Part shown: positions 17,328 through 28,084 of the stretch, in pieces
How the letters are laid out: every line of letters starts with the position of its first letter
Position numbering within the stretch: position 1 is the first letter of the stretch
Source of the DNA: Verrucomicrobiota bacterium
Lineage (GTDB): Bacteria; Verrucomicrobiota; Verrucomicrobiia; Limisphaerales; SIBE01
Assembly (NCBI GenBank): GCA_027623095.1
Contig: JAQBVM010000001.1
Span: forward strand, 1,745-65,744
Reading direction: 5' to 3'
Length of the DNA: 64,000 nucleotides
Notes under the pieces: generated by a model
Databases searched by the model: none
Told to the model about the DNA's origin: nothing
The model's input: the letters and a program-made list of their open reading frames with translations, nothing else
Position numbers and translations under genes: made by a program

Positions 17328-18997
17328 TTCCGTGAAAGGCATGAAGAGACGGAACATAAGAGCAGGAAGGCGAAGTGAATGGAGTAAACTTGAAACGGGA
17401 AATCGTACTTTGCATGCAGGAAGCATCCGGCCATGGCTAGCCAAATGAACGTTACGAATTCCCAGGGGCTCCCAATGGCGCCCGGCCAGAGCCAGCGCGT
17501 TGCGGCGATCCACACCATCAGCAGAATGACGGACAGTCCGATCCAACCGAAGGTAATTCTAGTCTCCAGGAAATCGTCGTGAAGATACGCCGCCCAAGTC
17601 TGCTGCGGTTCTTTGTATAACAGGTAGATCGGTCCGAATGTTCCGGGTCCTGTTCCTAAAAGAGAGAATTCACGAGCAATCGGGAGCGCGTTGTCATAGA
17701 TCTCCGGACGATCGCTCATATTATCCACAAAAATGTTCGATATCCGGTCCTGAAGATTCTTCCATCCGAGGTATCCGGAAAAACTGAGGATTACGATAAA
17801 GAGCGAAAGCATCCCCGCGCGGACGGCGACCACCTCCCGCCGAGAAGCGAAGAACATAAGCACCGTCGCGGCAAGCAAGTTCGCCAGAGCGACGAACGCG
17901 CCGCCTCGGCTGATCGAAAAAATCGGAGCCGCCGCCATCAGCACGGCGCAAGGCAGGAGCATCACATAACTCCCGCGCCCAACCCGCTCTCCGAGCTGCG
18001 TCTTGCAACTCGACGCCTTGCGCAGTGCCAGCCAAAATCCAATGCAAACCGGCCAAATCAGATTTAAGTACGTCGCAGCGTTCGAGCGATAGGCGTAGGG
18101 TCCGAATTGGGCTTCGGCCGAATTGTTAAAGCGGGGGACGATCATCCAGAGCAGCTTGTTCGTCCCGTCGAGCCTTTGCAGAATGCCTTCCAGCGCCAGC
18201 AGAGCTCCGTTGACGCACAGGACCCAGAGCAATCGTTGGACTCGTTTCGGAACGAGGAAACCGGGATGCCGGGGTTTCGAGGATTCCCCCGGCGAACGCG
18301 AATGGCGTTCACCGAAAGAATCATTGGCTTGGACCAAACTTTGTTCGGAACCTTTTCGTCGTTCTCGGTGGCTTGCCTGGGAACCTTCGGCTTCCGTTTT
18401 GCTTTTGGCGAGCAACCAGTCACGTGCCGCCCAAAAAAAGAGCGCCAAACCCAGATAGTTCCAAAACGCCTGCCAAGTGCTCCGGCTGTCGTAACTATGT
18501 GGCAACCATCGGATGTAATCCCGGTATTCGAACCGAACTTGATCCGCCAGGAAGGTGGCCCTCGCATTTAATGCGCTCACAAAAGTGAAAATAACTACCA
18601 AAACGGTAAGTGTCGCAAGAAAGGCTGTTAGCAATCGTGGAATGCGCGCTCCTTTCTCTTCGATGATAATCTTGTCGGGTTCCTGGGGTTCTCCCCATCG
18701 AGAGGGGCGATATCCTGATTTCCATCGAATGAGCCATTTCGCCGCGAGCAGACCGCCGAGGAGGTAACCCGCAATGTTCATAGTCCACACCGACCAAGTC
18801 TGCGTTGTGCCGAATGCCCACGGGGCAAAAATAATCATCCCAAGGAGAAGCGCCTCGGTGATCCAATCGCAAACCAAGTGGGTGAGTGGAGTGCGGATGC
18901 GCTCGCGACGCGATTGTCGGGAACGGACCGAACTGGGAAGCAAAACGCCGCCTTCCGAGCGGTTGGTATCGGCCTCACTAGGTTCGAAAGCATCCAT
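17324..18997 (-). CDS. O-antigen ligase/polymerase family (Wzy_C-like) membrane protein
   Basis: 557 aa with many TM segments. Wzy_C-like region PIFSISRGGAFVALANLLAATVLMFF. Confidence 0.7.
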   Translation of the reverse strand: MDAFEPSEADTNRSEGGVLLPSSVRSRQSRRERIRTPLTHLVCDWITEALLLGMIIFAPWAFGTTQTWSVWTMNIAGYLLGGLLAAKWLIRWKSGYRPSRWGEPQEPDKIIIEEKGARIPRLLTAFLATLTVLVVIFTFVSALNARATFLADQVRFEYRDYIRWLPHSYDSRSTWQAFWNYLGLALFFWAARDWLLAKSKTEAEGSQASHRERRKGSEQSLVQANDSFGERHSRSPGESSKPRHPGFLVPKRVQRLLWVLCVNGALLALEGILQRLDGTNKLLWMIVPRFNNSAEAQFGPYAYRSNAATYLNLIWPVCIGFWLALRKASSCKTQLGERVGRGSYVMLLPCAVLMAAAPIFSISRGGAFVALANLLAATVLMFFASRREVVAVRAGMLSLFIVILSFSGYLGWKNLQDRISNIFVDNMSDRPEIYDNALPIAREFSLLGTGPGTFGPIYLLYKEPQQTWAAYLHDDFLETRITFGWIGLSVILLMVWIAATRWLWPGAIGSPWEFVTFIWLAMAGCFLHAKYDFPFQVYSIHFAFLLLCSVSSCLSRK

Positions 18998-19122
18998 TGT
19001 CAGTCGGATTCAAGCTGAATCGCAGTCCTTTCCACAAGCGCGAAATCTGGCAAGCCCTCGGCGAGAATACGATTGCGTCGTTCGGTAGGGCGGTTAAACA
19101 GAGTCTGAAAGTGTGATATAAT

Positions 19123-20175
19123 ATGAACTTACTCGTGACAGGCGGCGCTGGGTTTATCGGGGCCAATCTCATTCAACATGTGATACATCGGCCAGAGGTG
19201 GCAAGGCTTGTCAACTTGGATTGCCTCACTTACGCCGGACACCTTATCAACCTGGCGGGCGCGGTCGAAAGCCCGAAGTATGTGTTCGAAAAGGTCGATA
19301 TCCGGGATAAATCGTCCGTTCGCGAACTCGTGCGGTCTCATCAGATTACTCATGTGATGCACTTGGCGGCGGAGTCGCACGTGGATCGCTCGATCGCGGG
19401 TCCGGACGACTTCATCCATACAAATGTGACCGGGACCTTTCACTTGCTGGAAGCTTGTCGCGACGCGTGGCAAGACCGGACAGGCGCGACTTCCGAAGAT
19501 GGCACTCGAGGCGCTTTTCGTTTTCATCATATTTCCACGGATGAAGTCTATGGGAGCCTTGGGCCATCCGGTTACTTCACCGAAACAACCCCGTATGCGC
19601 CGAATTCACCCTACTCCGCGAGCAAAGCGGCCAGCGATATGCTGGTTCGGGCATACCATCACACGTACGGACTGCCGATTGTGATCACCAACTGCTCGAA
19701 TAATTACGGACCATTTCAGTTTCCCGAGAAACTGATTCCAGTCGTCATCGGCAGCGTGTTGGAACGGCGGCCGATTCCCGTCTATGGAGACGGCATGAAC
19801 GTTCGCGACTGGCTGTATGTGCGAGATCACGTGGAGGCATTGTGGAAGGTGCTCACAGGTGGTGCGAACGGAGAAACCTATAACATTGGCGGCAGCAACG
19901 AATGGCCGAACCTGAGAATTGTGGAATTGATTTGCGATTTGGTGGACGAAATGGCGCCCCAGCTCGGCGGACGGTCCCGCGATCTGATTTCGTTCGTCAA
20001 AGACCGGCCTGGACATGACCGCCGTTATGCGATCGATGCGACAAAAATCCGGGAGAAACTGGGATGGAGTCCGGAATTCACTTTTGAGCGTGGTATCCGC
20101 GAGACGGTGCGTTGGTACGTGGATAATGAAGATTGGGTTCGGAATGTATTGAAGGAAGCGAAGGCCGATGAATAG
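19123..20175 (+). CDS. rfbB: dTDP-glucose 4,6-dehydratase
   Basis: MNLLVTGGAGFIGAN..., catalytic YSASKAASD, full-length RfbB-like sequence. Confidence 0.9.
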   Translation: MNLLVTGGAGFIGANLIQHVIHRPEVARLVNLDCLTYAGHLINLAGAVESPKYVFEKVDIRDKSSVRELVRSHQITHVMHLAAESHVDRSIAGPDDFIHTNVTGTFHLLEACRDAWQDRTGATSEDGTRGAFRFHHISTDEVYGSLGPSGYFTETTPYAPNSPYSASKAASDMLVRAYHHTYGLPIVITNCSNNYGPFQFPEKLIPVVIGSVLERRPIPVYGDGMNVRDWLYVRDHVEALWKVLTGGANGETYNIGGSNEWPNLRIVELICDLVDEMAPQLGGRSRDLISFVKDRPGHDRRYAIDATKIREKLGWSPEFTFERGIRETVRWYVDNEDWVRNVLKEAKADE

Positions 20176-20779
20176 CACAGAATGGGAAGGCCGGTATGCG
20201 GCCAATGACACACCTTGGGAAAAGGGTGAACCTTCTCCCGGATTGGTCGATTTTCTGCGTGAACGGACGGATCTCAGTTCTGGCAAAGTATGTGTTCCAG
20301 GTTGCGGAACCGGGCATGATGTTCGTGCCTGGGTGCGTGCTGGTTTCTCCGCATTTGGGTTTGATTTCGCGCCTTCGGCGATCCGGTTGGCTCGAGAGCG
20401 CACGTTTTCAGAAGGGTTAAGTGCCGAGTTCTCTTGTTTGGATTTTCTCACGGATCCTCCCCCGCGACAGTTTGACTGGGTGTTCGAACACACTCTCTTT
20501 TGCGCAATCGAACCGAGCCGGCGCGAGGACTACGTCCGGAGTGTGCTGCGCTGGCTCAAAGTGGGGGGACGATTCTTGGCCGTGCATTACTTCATTCCAG
20601 ATCGAGACGGCCCGCCATTCGGAACAGACCGCGAGGAGGTATTGGGATTATTTTCGCCGTATTTTGAGCTGTTTGAGGAGTGGACGCCCAGGTCATACCC
20701 GAATCGAACAGGGCTCGAGAGAATGTTTCTATGGGAACCCCGAGAATTGTGCGCCGACGAGAGCTCGAAGAAATGTTGA
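20168..20779 (+). CDS. SAM-dependent methyltransferase (TPMT-like)
   Basis: W..RY....PW N-terminus. Motif I VCVPGCGTGHDV. 8-nt overlap with rfbB. Confidence 0.75.
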   Translation: MNSTEWEGRYAANDTPWEKGEPSPGLVDFLRERTDLSSGKVCVPGCGTGHDVRAWVRAGFSAFGFDFAPSAIRLARERTFSEGLSAEFSCLDFLTDPPPRQFDWVFEHTLFCAIEPSRREDYVRSVLRWLKVGGRFLAVHYFIPDRDGPPFGTDREEVLGLFSPYFELFEEWTPRSYPNRTGLERMFLWEPRELCADESSKKC

Positions 20780-20800
20780 AATCTCGGAAGAACTCGGCCA

Positions 20801-22375
20801 TTGTCCACGCCTATGAATGAACAGGATTCGTTGGATGAGCTTATCACTTGCCGCGTTAAGGAGGGGAAAAAAATCGTTGAGCCATCTACAATCGTAATCT
20901 TTGGAGCGAGCGGAGATTTAACGGCGCGGAAACTGATTCCCGCTTTGTACCATCTATTCAGTGCGGAGCAATTGCCCGCTCCCTTTCGCATTGTAGGCTT
21001 TGCGCGCCGCGAGAAGAACGACGCCGAGTGGCGGGCTGAGCTGAAGACCGCGTTGGATCAGTTTTCCAGAACCAAACCGGTTAATGAAAAGGTGTGGGAG
21101 GAATTCAGTGCGAACGTTTATTATTGCCAGGGTGATTTTTCGGATTCCAAGGCTTACGAAAAACTTGAGAAACTGTTGTCCTCGTTCGGCAACGATTCTT
21201 TGCGCCGAAATCTGTTGTTTTACCTAGCCACTTCGCCCAGCCAATTTGCGGAGGTGGTTGAGGAACTTCACGGTGCCGGTTTGCTTCGGCTTGACGCTCC
21301 CGCCGGGTCGTGGCAGCGAATTGTCGTCGAAAAACCGTTCGGGCACGATCTTCCGTCCGCGAAACAGCTGAACACGGATTTGACGCGATTTGCTCACGAA
21401 CGCCAAGTTTTCCGGATCGATCATTACTTGGGAAAAGAGACAGTTCAGAACATTTTGATGTTCCGATTTTCGAACTCGATCTTTGAGCAGTTGTGGAACC
21501 GGCAGACGATCGATCACGTTCAGATAACTGTAAGCGAACGCCTCGGGGTGGGAGGACGCGGTGGTTACTACGAGGAAGCGGGAGCAATCCGGGATATGGT
21601 CCAGAACCATCTACTTCAGGTTCTTTCGTTGATTGCGATGGAGCCTCCGGTCTCGCTTGACGCAGAGGCGGTTCGCGATGAAAAGGTGAAAGTCCTCAAG
21701 TCGATCCGAGCTCTCAGGCCCGAGGATGTTTCCAAACAGATCGTTCGTGGACAGTACTTTGCTGGAATGCTGGACGGACAACTTCGTCCGGGATATCGCC
21801 AAGAAGCGAAGGTGAAGACAGATTCCAACGTTGAGACATACGTAGCGCTAAAGCTGTTCCTTGACAACTGGCGCTGGTCGGGTGTCCCGTTCTATCTCCG
21901 GACTGGAAAGTATCTTCCGCTTAGCGCAAGCGAGGTGCGCATTGAATTTCGGAAAGCGCCATACGTTCTTTTTGCGGCAAAAAGCGGCACCACATTGGAT
22001 GCGAATGCGTTGACTCTCCGTTTGCAGCCCAATGAGGGAATTTCGCTGCGCTTCAACGGAAAGGTCCCAGGAACCAGTCTTCAACTGCGGCCGGTGAAGA
22101 TGCATTTCAGCTATGATACCGAGTTTGGAGCCTATACACCGGAAGCCTATGAACGCCTCTTGCTCGAGGCGATGGCGGGCGACGCGACACTTTTCATACG
22201 GCGCGACGAGGTTGAAACAGCTTGGGGAATCGTGGATTCCATTCGTAGCGGATGGGAAGGCAAGTCGCTTTCGAATCGCGAATTCTACTCGGCTGGCACC
22301 TGGGGGCCCGTTGCCGCAGAGGATTTGCTCGCCCAATCCGGGCATCGATGGCGTGATCCTCAACCGATTCAGTGA
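20801..22375 (+). CDS. zwf: Glucose-6-phosphate 1-dehydrogenase
   Basis: IFGASGDLTARKLIPALY, EKPFG, RIDHYLGKE. The start may be the ATG at 20813. Confidence 0.9.
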   Translation: MSTPMNEQDSLDELITCRVKEGKKIVEPSTIVIFGASGDLTARKLIPALYHLFSAEQLPAPFRIVGFARREKNDAEWRAELKTALDQFSRTKPVNEKVWEEFSANVYYCQGDFSDSKAYEKLEKLLSSFGNDSLRRNLLFYLATSPSQFAEVVEELHGAGLLRLDAPAGSWQRIVVEKPFGHDLPSAKQLNTDLTRFAHERQVFRIDHYLGKETVQNILMFRFSNSIFEQLWNRQTIDHVQITVSERLGVGGRGGYYEEAGAIRDMVQNHLLQVLSLIAMEPPVSLDAEAVRDEKVKVLKSIRALRPEDVSKQIVRGQYFAGMLDGQLRPGYRQEAKVKTDSNVETYVALKLFLDNWRWSGVPFYLRTGKYLPLSASEVRIEFRKAPYVLFAAKSGTTLDANALTLRLQPNEGISLRFNGKVPGTSLQLRPVKMHFSYDTEFGAYTPEAYERLLLEAMAGDATLFIRRDEVETAWGIVDSIRSGWEGKSLSNREFYSAGTWGPVAAEDLLAQSGHRWRDPQPIQ

Positions 22376-23133
22376 GCTCTCTCGAAGTCAATCGATTTGC
22401 CACCGATCGAGAATTGGCTTGGGCTGTCGCTGATCGGTGGATTTCCGACCTGTGCCGCCTCGGCTCGAGTCAGCCTTATTCCGTCGCACTTTCCGGAGGC
22501 CGTATAACGGAGCAATTCTTCTTTGCAGTGGTTGAACAGTGCAAAACGCGTTCGTATTCTCCAGAGCAAATCCATTTCTTTTGGGCTGATGAACGATGTG
22601 TGCCCCCTGAAGATCCAGCGAGCAGTTTCGGAGTCGCCCAGCGATTGCTTTTCGAACCGTTGAACGTCCGCGCCGAGTGGATCCACAGGATTCGGGGAGA
22701 AACCGAAAAGGAGTCGGCGGTGGCGGGCGCTAATGAGGATATCAGGCGCATCGTCCCGCTCAATGGAGATCAACAGCCAACGTTCGACATGGTTTTTCTT
22801 GGAATGGGAGAGGATGGTCACGTAGCTTCGCTCTTTCCTGGTGAGCCCGAGCAGGTGGCTTCCGGTCCGGAAATCTATCGAGCAGTCTGTGCGGTGAAGC
22901 CACCTCCCATTCGGATAACTTTGGGTTACAAGGCGATCGCGGCGGCTAAGCGTGTCTGGGTGCTTGCCTCGGGGAAAGGAAAAGAGGAAGCTCTGCATAA
23001 ATCGCTGCAGCAGAACGGACAAACTCCCTTGGGACGCATTTTAGGAATGCGGGATCAAACTGTCATTTTCACCGATATTCCAGAAACGATTTTGCCGATA
23101 AATCGTCCGAAACTCTGCATTTCTTCGGCTTGA
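22372..23133 (+). CDS. pgl: 6-phosphogluconolactonase
   Basis: LSGGRIT, FFWADERCVP, LGMGEDGHVASLFPG. ATGA overlap with zwf. Confidence 0.85.
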   Translation: MSSLEVNRFATDRELAWAVADRWISDLCRLGSSQPYSVALSGGRITEQFFFAVVEQCKTRSYSPEQIHFFWADERCVPPEDPASSFGVAQRLLFEPLNVRAEWIHRIRGETEKESAVAGANEDIRRIVPLNGDQQPTFDMVFLGMGEDGHVASLFPGEPEQVASGPEIYRAVCAVKPPPIRITLGYKAIAAAKRVWVLASGKGKEEALHKSLQQNGQTPLGRILGMRDQTVIFTDIPETILPINRPKLCISSA

Positions 23134-23362
23134 ACAATCCTAAGTGCTTTTAAGCGAATGGGTTCAGATGTAATCCGTAACTGCGGACTTTTTTTTGAAC
23201 GAAACGGGGGCGTCTCGTCTCAAACACCGTATGCAGTTACGTCGCTATCCGCTAAGGGTTGGCAGAGTAATCATGCTTGTGATGAGGTTCGGATAGTGAA
23301 TTGAAAGTTGGCCTTATCACTCTTCTGAGCGCCTAGGTGAAGGCGTGAAAGATCTCGTCACC

Positions 23363-23392
23363 AAAGAGCCAGTTCCGACTGGCTCTTTTTTT
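23363..23392 (+). terminator. Rho-independent terminator hairpin (possibly bidirectional)
   Basis: GAGCCAGT-TCCG-ACTGGCTC (23366-23385) followed by T7 (23386-23392). An AAA precedes the stem. It lies 230 nt after the pgl stop. Confidence 0.6.
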
Positions 23393-23514
23393 ATGAGATT
23401 TAGTCTGAGTAACAGGGGCGTGGGCTCTCATTGGAAATCATCTCGGAACTTTCCTTAATTCGCGTTGCGTCTCTGAGATCGGAGTTCTAAAGTCTAGAAC
23501 CTCAGGCTGCCTGC

Positions 23515-24501
23515 TTGGAAGATATGAAGAACTACCTTGATTTTGAGAAACCGATTGCTGAGTTGCAGAGGAAGCTTGATGACCTTCGAAAACATCGTGA
23601 ATCGCATGGCCTTGAAATCAGTCTGGACAAAGAGATTCGCCAAATTGAAAAAAAGATCGAAGACGAGCGAAAACGTATCTTTTCCGACCTCACGCCTTGG
23701 CAGCGAGTTCAATTAGCTCGCCATCCAAAACGTCCCTTCACTTTGGATTATGTTCGAACGGTGTTTACCGGATTCACCGAATTGCACGGTGACCGGTTGT
23801 TTGGAGACGATCAGGCGATGGTTGGAGGATTTGCCCAGCTTGAGGGGCATAAAGTGGTTCTGATCGGGACTCAAAAAGGACGGGATACCAAGGAGAACAT
23901 TCGTCGGAATTTCGGCTCGGCTCACCCGGAAGGATATCGAAAAGCGCTCCGGTTGATGCGGATCGCCGACAAGTTTTCGCTGCCCATTATCACGGTGATT
24001 GACACGGCAGGAGCTTACCCTGGAATTGGCGCCGAGGAACGGCACATCGCGGAGGCTATCGCGGTGAATCTTCGGGAAATGATTCTGATGGAGGTTCCAA
24101 TCATCGCTGTGGTGATTGGCGAGGGGGGATCAGGCGGCGCACTTGGAATTGGCGTCGCGGACCGGGTTCTCATTTTGGAGAATGCCTATTATTCGGTAAT
24201 CAGCCCCGAGGGTTGCGCGGCGATTTTGTGGAAAGATCGGTCGGCTGCTCCAAAAGCGGCCGAGGCCCTCAAGATTACAGCAAAAGACCTTCTGGAGCTG
24301 GGGCTTGTGGACGACGTGGTTCCCGAGCCAATTGGAGGCGCCCACAATGATCTCGGAGTGACTGCCGCGGCTCTGAAAGAAAAACTGATGTTTCATTTGG
24401 ATCATCTTTGCAAGTTATCTCCGGGAGCCCGGCTCAAATCCCGATACTCAAAATATCGGGCACATGGACGATTTGTGGAAGTGCAGTTAGCGGCTGAATG
24501 A
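23515..24501 (+). CDS. accA: Acetyl-CoA carboxylase carboxyltransferase subunit alpha
   Basis: LDFEKPIAEL..., GDDQAMVGGFA, VIDTAGAYPGIGAEERH. The start may be the ATG at 23524. Confidence 0.9.
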   Translation: MEDMKNYLDFEKPIAELQRKLDDLRKHRESHGLEISLDKEIRQIEKKIEDERKRIFSDLTPWQRVQLARHPKRPFTLDYVRTVFTGFTELHGDRLFGDDQAMVGGFAQLEGHKVVLIGTQKGRDTKENIRRNFGSAHPEGYRKALRLMRIADKFSLPIITVIDTAGAYPGIGAEERHIAEAIAVNLREMILMEVPIIAVVIGEGGSGGALGIGVADRVLILENAYYSVISPEGCAAILWKDRSAAPKAAEALKITAKDLLELGLVDDVVPEPIGGAHNDLGVTAAALKEKLMFHLDHLCKLSPGARLKSRYSKYRAHGRFVEVQLAAE

Positions 24502-25469
24502 TGCTGTATCCGCTCACTTTTCAACCGATCTTCAAGGAACGCATTTGGGGAGGAAGGAATCTTGCGCGGCTCTTCACCAAATCGATCGCATCCAATCAAT
24601 TGATCGGCGAGTCGTGGGAGATAACCGATCGTCCCGAAGCAGTGAGCGTGGTTCGGGATGGGTTCCTGGCAGGAAAGGATCTTCGGTGGCTGATGATGCA
24701 TCACTCTTCGGACGTGCTCGGCTCGTCTCGATGCGAGAATGGCCGTTTTCCGTTGTTAATTAAAATCCTGGATGCTCGGCAAACCCTCTCCGTGCAGGTC
24801 CATCCGCCAGTCTCCGCAGCCCGCCGCCTTAACGGCGAGCCAAAGACGGAGTTATGGCATATCGTTGATGCGGCGCCCGGAGCTCGCCTTTATGCGGGCT
24901 TGCGGAGCGGGGTTTCGCGTGCTGCGTTCGAAACCGCAATTCAAGAGGGCAGTGTCGCCGATTGCCTCCATTCCACTGAGGTGCGCGCTGGCGACTCTTT
25001 GTTACTTCCCAGCGGGAGGGTTCACGCGATTGGAGCGGGTATCGTCATCTTCGAGATCCAGCAGAACTCGGACACAACTTATCGTGTCTTCGATTGGAAC
25101 CGGCTGGATTCTACGGGCAAACCAAGGGATCTCCACATTCCCGAATCACTGGAAGCGATTGATTTTAGTGATTTCGAACCGGCCTTGATCCAACCCAGTT
25201 TTTCAAGCGGCTCGGTACAGAAGAGACAGCTTGCCTCGTGTCCCCACTTTGGTGTTCGCGAGTATTGCATTCCAGCGGGAGTCGCGTTCAGCGAGAAGTT
25301 TGACCATGCTTCGATTGTTGGCGTAGTCTCAGGAAGTTTGGAGGTTCTCCATAAAGACACTCGCATCGGTTTAGAACCTGGGCAATTCTGTCTGCTCCCG
25401 GGCTCGCTTGGCGAGGTTCGATTTGAAGCTGTTTTCCCTATCCGGTTCCTGATCGCCACCGCGGCGTGA
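24498..25469 (+). CDS. manA: Mannose-6-phosphate isomerase, type I (cupin)
   Basis: ERIWGG, IGESWEI, LLIKILDARQTLSVQVHP. ATGA overlap with accA. Confidence 0.8.
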   Translation: MMLYPLTFQPIFKERIWGGRNLARLFTKSIASNQLIGESWEITDRPEAVSVVRDGFLAGKDLRWLMMHHSSDVLGSSRCENGRFPLLIKILDARQTLSVQVHPPVSAARRLNGEPKTELWHIVDAAPGARLYAGLRSGVSRAAFETAIQEGSVADCLHSTEVRAGDSLLLPSGRVHAIGAGIVIFEIQQNSDTTYRVFDWNRLDSTGKPRDLHIPESLEAIDFSDFEPALIQPSFSSGSVQKRQLASCPHFGVREYCIPAGVAFSEKFDHASIVGVVSGSLEVLHKDTRIGLEPGQFCLLPGSLGEVRFEAVFPIRFLIATAA

Positions 25470-26004
25470 GTTCGGCATGCCCGGCGGACGAGGTCGCAGC
25501 GAGTGAAAATGGCATGACCACGACGACTGGCGACGGTACCGTGTTCACGATTTGATCGGGCAAACTTGCCAGGGTCGCTGCGTGACCTATGAGAGACCGA
25601 ACATTCTGGCCTAAAAAATGCGTTTGATCCGGACCGATGTGGTCGGCTGTGGTTTTGAACAAGACCCGGGCTCGATCAGCGTGTCGTACAACACCGGCGG
25701 GCCGGCCCTCGCGCGCCTTCACGCCCGCCGCGGCGAGTCGAATCAAACCTTTGAGAAACTCCGCAATCGGACCGCTCCGGCCGGCGAGATGCCAAAGTGC
25801 CTCCCAAGCTTCATGAGCTTCCCAATAGTATCCGTGATTGAAAAGTGCGATCCCCAGCCTGTAGGTTTCGTTGCCTTCCCAGCTCGACGGTTGAAGGGGC
25901 GTTTCCTTCGGATTGGTGGATTGGAAGTGATGCCCGTTCGGATCGCGCGTCGGATGGCGAAACATTCTCGGAACGTACGAGTATGGAGGGAGTGCTTGTT
26001 CCAA
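25438..26004 (-). CDS. DUF309-domain protein
   Basis: GIALFNHGYYWEAHEAWEALW...FLKGLIRLAAAGVKAREG. Confidence 0.7.
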   Translation of the reverse strand: MEQALPPYSYVPRMFRHPTRDPNGHHFQSTNPKETPLQPSSWEGNETYRLGIALFNHGYYWEAHEAWEALWHLAGRSGPIAEFLKGLIRLAAAGVKAREGRPAGVVRHADRARVLFKTTADHIGPDQTHFLGQNVRSLIGHAATLASLPDQIVNTVPSPVVVVMPFSLAATSSAGHAELTPRWRSGTG

Positions 26005-26087
26005 ATTTCAGGACTTTCTTGTCATTGCAAAAGGCGATCTATAGACTGTCGGGACCGTTACAGACATTCAAATGAATTAAGACATTT

Positions 26088-27401
26088 ATGCCACAAGCTT
26101 TTTCAAAAATCCCCAAGATCTCCTATGACGGTCCGAGCTCCAGGAAAGACCTGTCCTTCAAGCAGTACAACCCAGACGAGCTTGTCGAAGGCAAAACGAT
26201 GAAGGACCATTTTCGGTTTTCGGTCACTTATTGGCACACGTTTCGCGGGCAGTTATCGGACATGTTTGGCGTTGGAACCGCCGTGCGCCCTTGGGAAGAC
26301 GGAAGCAATTCCGTGGGAATGGCGCAAAAACGGGCGCGGGTCGCATTCGAGTTTATGGAAAAGCTCGGTGTTCCCTATTACGCGTTTCATGATCGCGACG
26401 TGGCGCCGGAAGGACGGAACCTCAAGGAGAGCAATCGGAATCTGGACTCGGTCGTCAAAGTGCTGAAACAGGAGCAGAAACGCACGGGAATCAAATTGCT
26501 GTGGGGCACCGCCTGTCTTTTTGCGCACCCCCGGTATGTTCACGGTGCTTCCACAAGCTGCAACGCCGACGCGTTCGCATACGCCGCGGCCCAGGTCAAA
26601 AAGGCGATGGAGGTCACGCACGAATTGGGTGGCGAGGGATATGTCTTTTGGGGAGGACGCGAAGGATACTCCACACTGCTGAACACCAATCTCAAGCGGG
26701 AAATGGATCACCTGGCCGCGTTCCTCCATATGGCGGTGGATTACAAGAAAAAGATTGGGTTCAAGGGGCAGTTTTATATCGAACCCAAGCCGAAGGAACC
26801 GACAAAACACCAATATGACTCGGACGCCGCCGCGTGCCTGAATTTTTTGCGTGAATACGATTTGCTGAAACATTTCAAACTGAACCTGGAGACAAACCAC
26901 GCCACGCTTGCGGGGCATACGATGCAGCACGAATTGGAAGTGGCAATCGCCGCCGACGCATTGGGTTCGATTGACGCAAACATGGGAGATATTCTCCTGG
27001 GTTGGGATACGGACCAATTCCCCACCGACATCTACCTGGCCGCGCAAGTCATGCTGAGCATTCTGAGGATGGGTGGTTTCACGACCGGCGGAACAAACTT
27101 TGATGCAAAGGTTCGCCGAGAGAGTTTCGAACCGGAGGATCTATTCCACGGGCATATTGCAGGCATGGATACCTTCGCGCGCGGGCTCAAGATTGCCGCT
27201 GCGATTCGAAAGGACGGACGCATTGGTGACTTCTTGAAACAGCGGTATGCGTCTTGGGATTCGGGCATTGGCGAGAAGATCGAGAAACGGAAAGTCGGTT
27301 TCAAAGAACTCGAAACCTACGCGCTCAAATTGGGCGAGGTGCGCACCAACAAGAGCGGGCGGCAGGAATGGCTTGAGAGTCTGTTTAATCAATTCGTCTA
27401 A
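26088..27401 (+). CDS. xylA: Xylose isomerase
   Basis: [40 protein letters not shown]. Confidence 0.92.
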   Translation: MPQAFSKIPKISYDGPSSRKDLSFKQYNPDELVEGKTMKDHFRFSVTYWHTFRGQLSDMFGVGTAVRPWEDGSNSVGMAQKRARVAFEFMEKLGVPYYAFHDRDVAPEGRNLKESNRNLDSVVKVLKQEQKRTGIKLLWGTACLFAHPRYVHGASTSCNADAFAYAAAQVKKAMEVTHELGGEGYVFWGGREGYSTLLNTNLKREMDHLAAFLHMAVDYKKKIGFKGQFYIEPKPKEPTKHQYDSDAAACLNFLREYDLLKHFKLNLETNHATLAGHTMQHELEVAIAADALGSIDANMGDILLGWDTDQFPTDIYLAAQVMLSILRMGGFTTGGTNFDAKVRRESFEPEDLFHGHIAGMDTFARGLKIAAAIRKDGRIGDFLKQRYASWDSGIGEKIEKRKVGFKELETYALKLGEVRTNKSGRQEWLESLFNQFV

Positions 27402-28084
27402 CGAGGCGGGGCATCACCCAGTTCCACGCGAAGCTCCTGTTTGTAGTCGCGCGTGGGTTCGCCGTAGCCCTCGCGGCGTTTCTTGAGAGCGGGGGCGATG
27501 ATCTCGGTTCTCGGGTCGATCTCGCGTCCGTAGATCAGGGGCCAGAGTCGGCGGCAGTTGTTCGCCATGTCGTGCCCTTGCTCTTCTTCGAAGCTTGGGC
27601 GAAACAGGTCCACCGCCATCTGAAGTTCGTGGATCAACTCCGCCTCGGTCGGGTGCCCGGTCTTGCGCAGGACAACCCGAAACGCTTCGAGATCCTTTTC
27701 GTAAAGCCGGTTCAGCTTGGCAATCAAGATATCGACGGGGTGCGGGAAATGAAGTATGCAATTGTCAATCCGAACGGACTTCGCACGCGCGCGCCATAGT
27801 GGACTGGCGCGGAAGTTCAGTTGACTGCTAACTTGTATATAGAACTCGGACCGATCTTGACCCAGCCCAAATCGGTCAACGAATTCCCGGAGATCTTCTG
27901 AATCCGAGAAGACGTCCACATCCGCGCTCGTCAGCGCGGAATCCACGCAAATCTGAATCGGCGCGGAGCCGAAGACAGTGATCTCAAACTCTCGTTCCTT
28001 TGGCAGCGCGGCTATAAGCTTTTTCAGCAGCCGCCCGGCGGGCGTGTCGAGTTCAATTGAACCAGCCCAGGATTCCAGGTCCAT
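27398..28084 (-). CDS. Pol-beta-superfamily nucleotidyltransferase-domain protein with extra C-terminal domain
   Basis: [23 protein letters not shown] fits the hG[GS]x9-13[DE]h[DE]h NTase motif. 228 aa. Stop codons overlap convergently with xylA. Confidence 0.6.
   Translation of the reverse strand: MDLESWAGSIELDTPAGRLLKKLIAALPKEREFEITVFGSAPIQICVDSALTSADVDVFSDSEDLREFVDRFGLGQDRSEFYIQVSSQLNFRASPLWRARAKSVRIDNCILHFPHPVDILIAKLNRLYEKDLEAFRVVLRKTGHPTEAELIHELQMAVDLFRPSFEEEQGHDMANNCRRLWPLIYGREIDPRTEIIAPALKKRREGYGEPTRDYKQELRVELGDAPPR

Noticed and set aside
23250-23330. tRNA-like T-loop string GGTTCGGAT and a GGCAGAGT D-loop-like string
   Set aside because: No complementary T-stem, acceptor stem or anticodon arm can be drawn around them, so this is not a tRNA.
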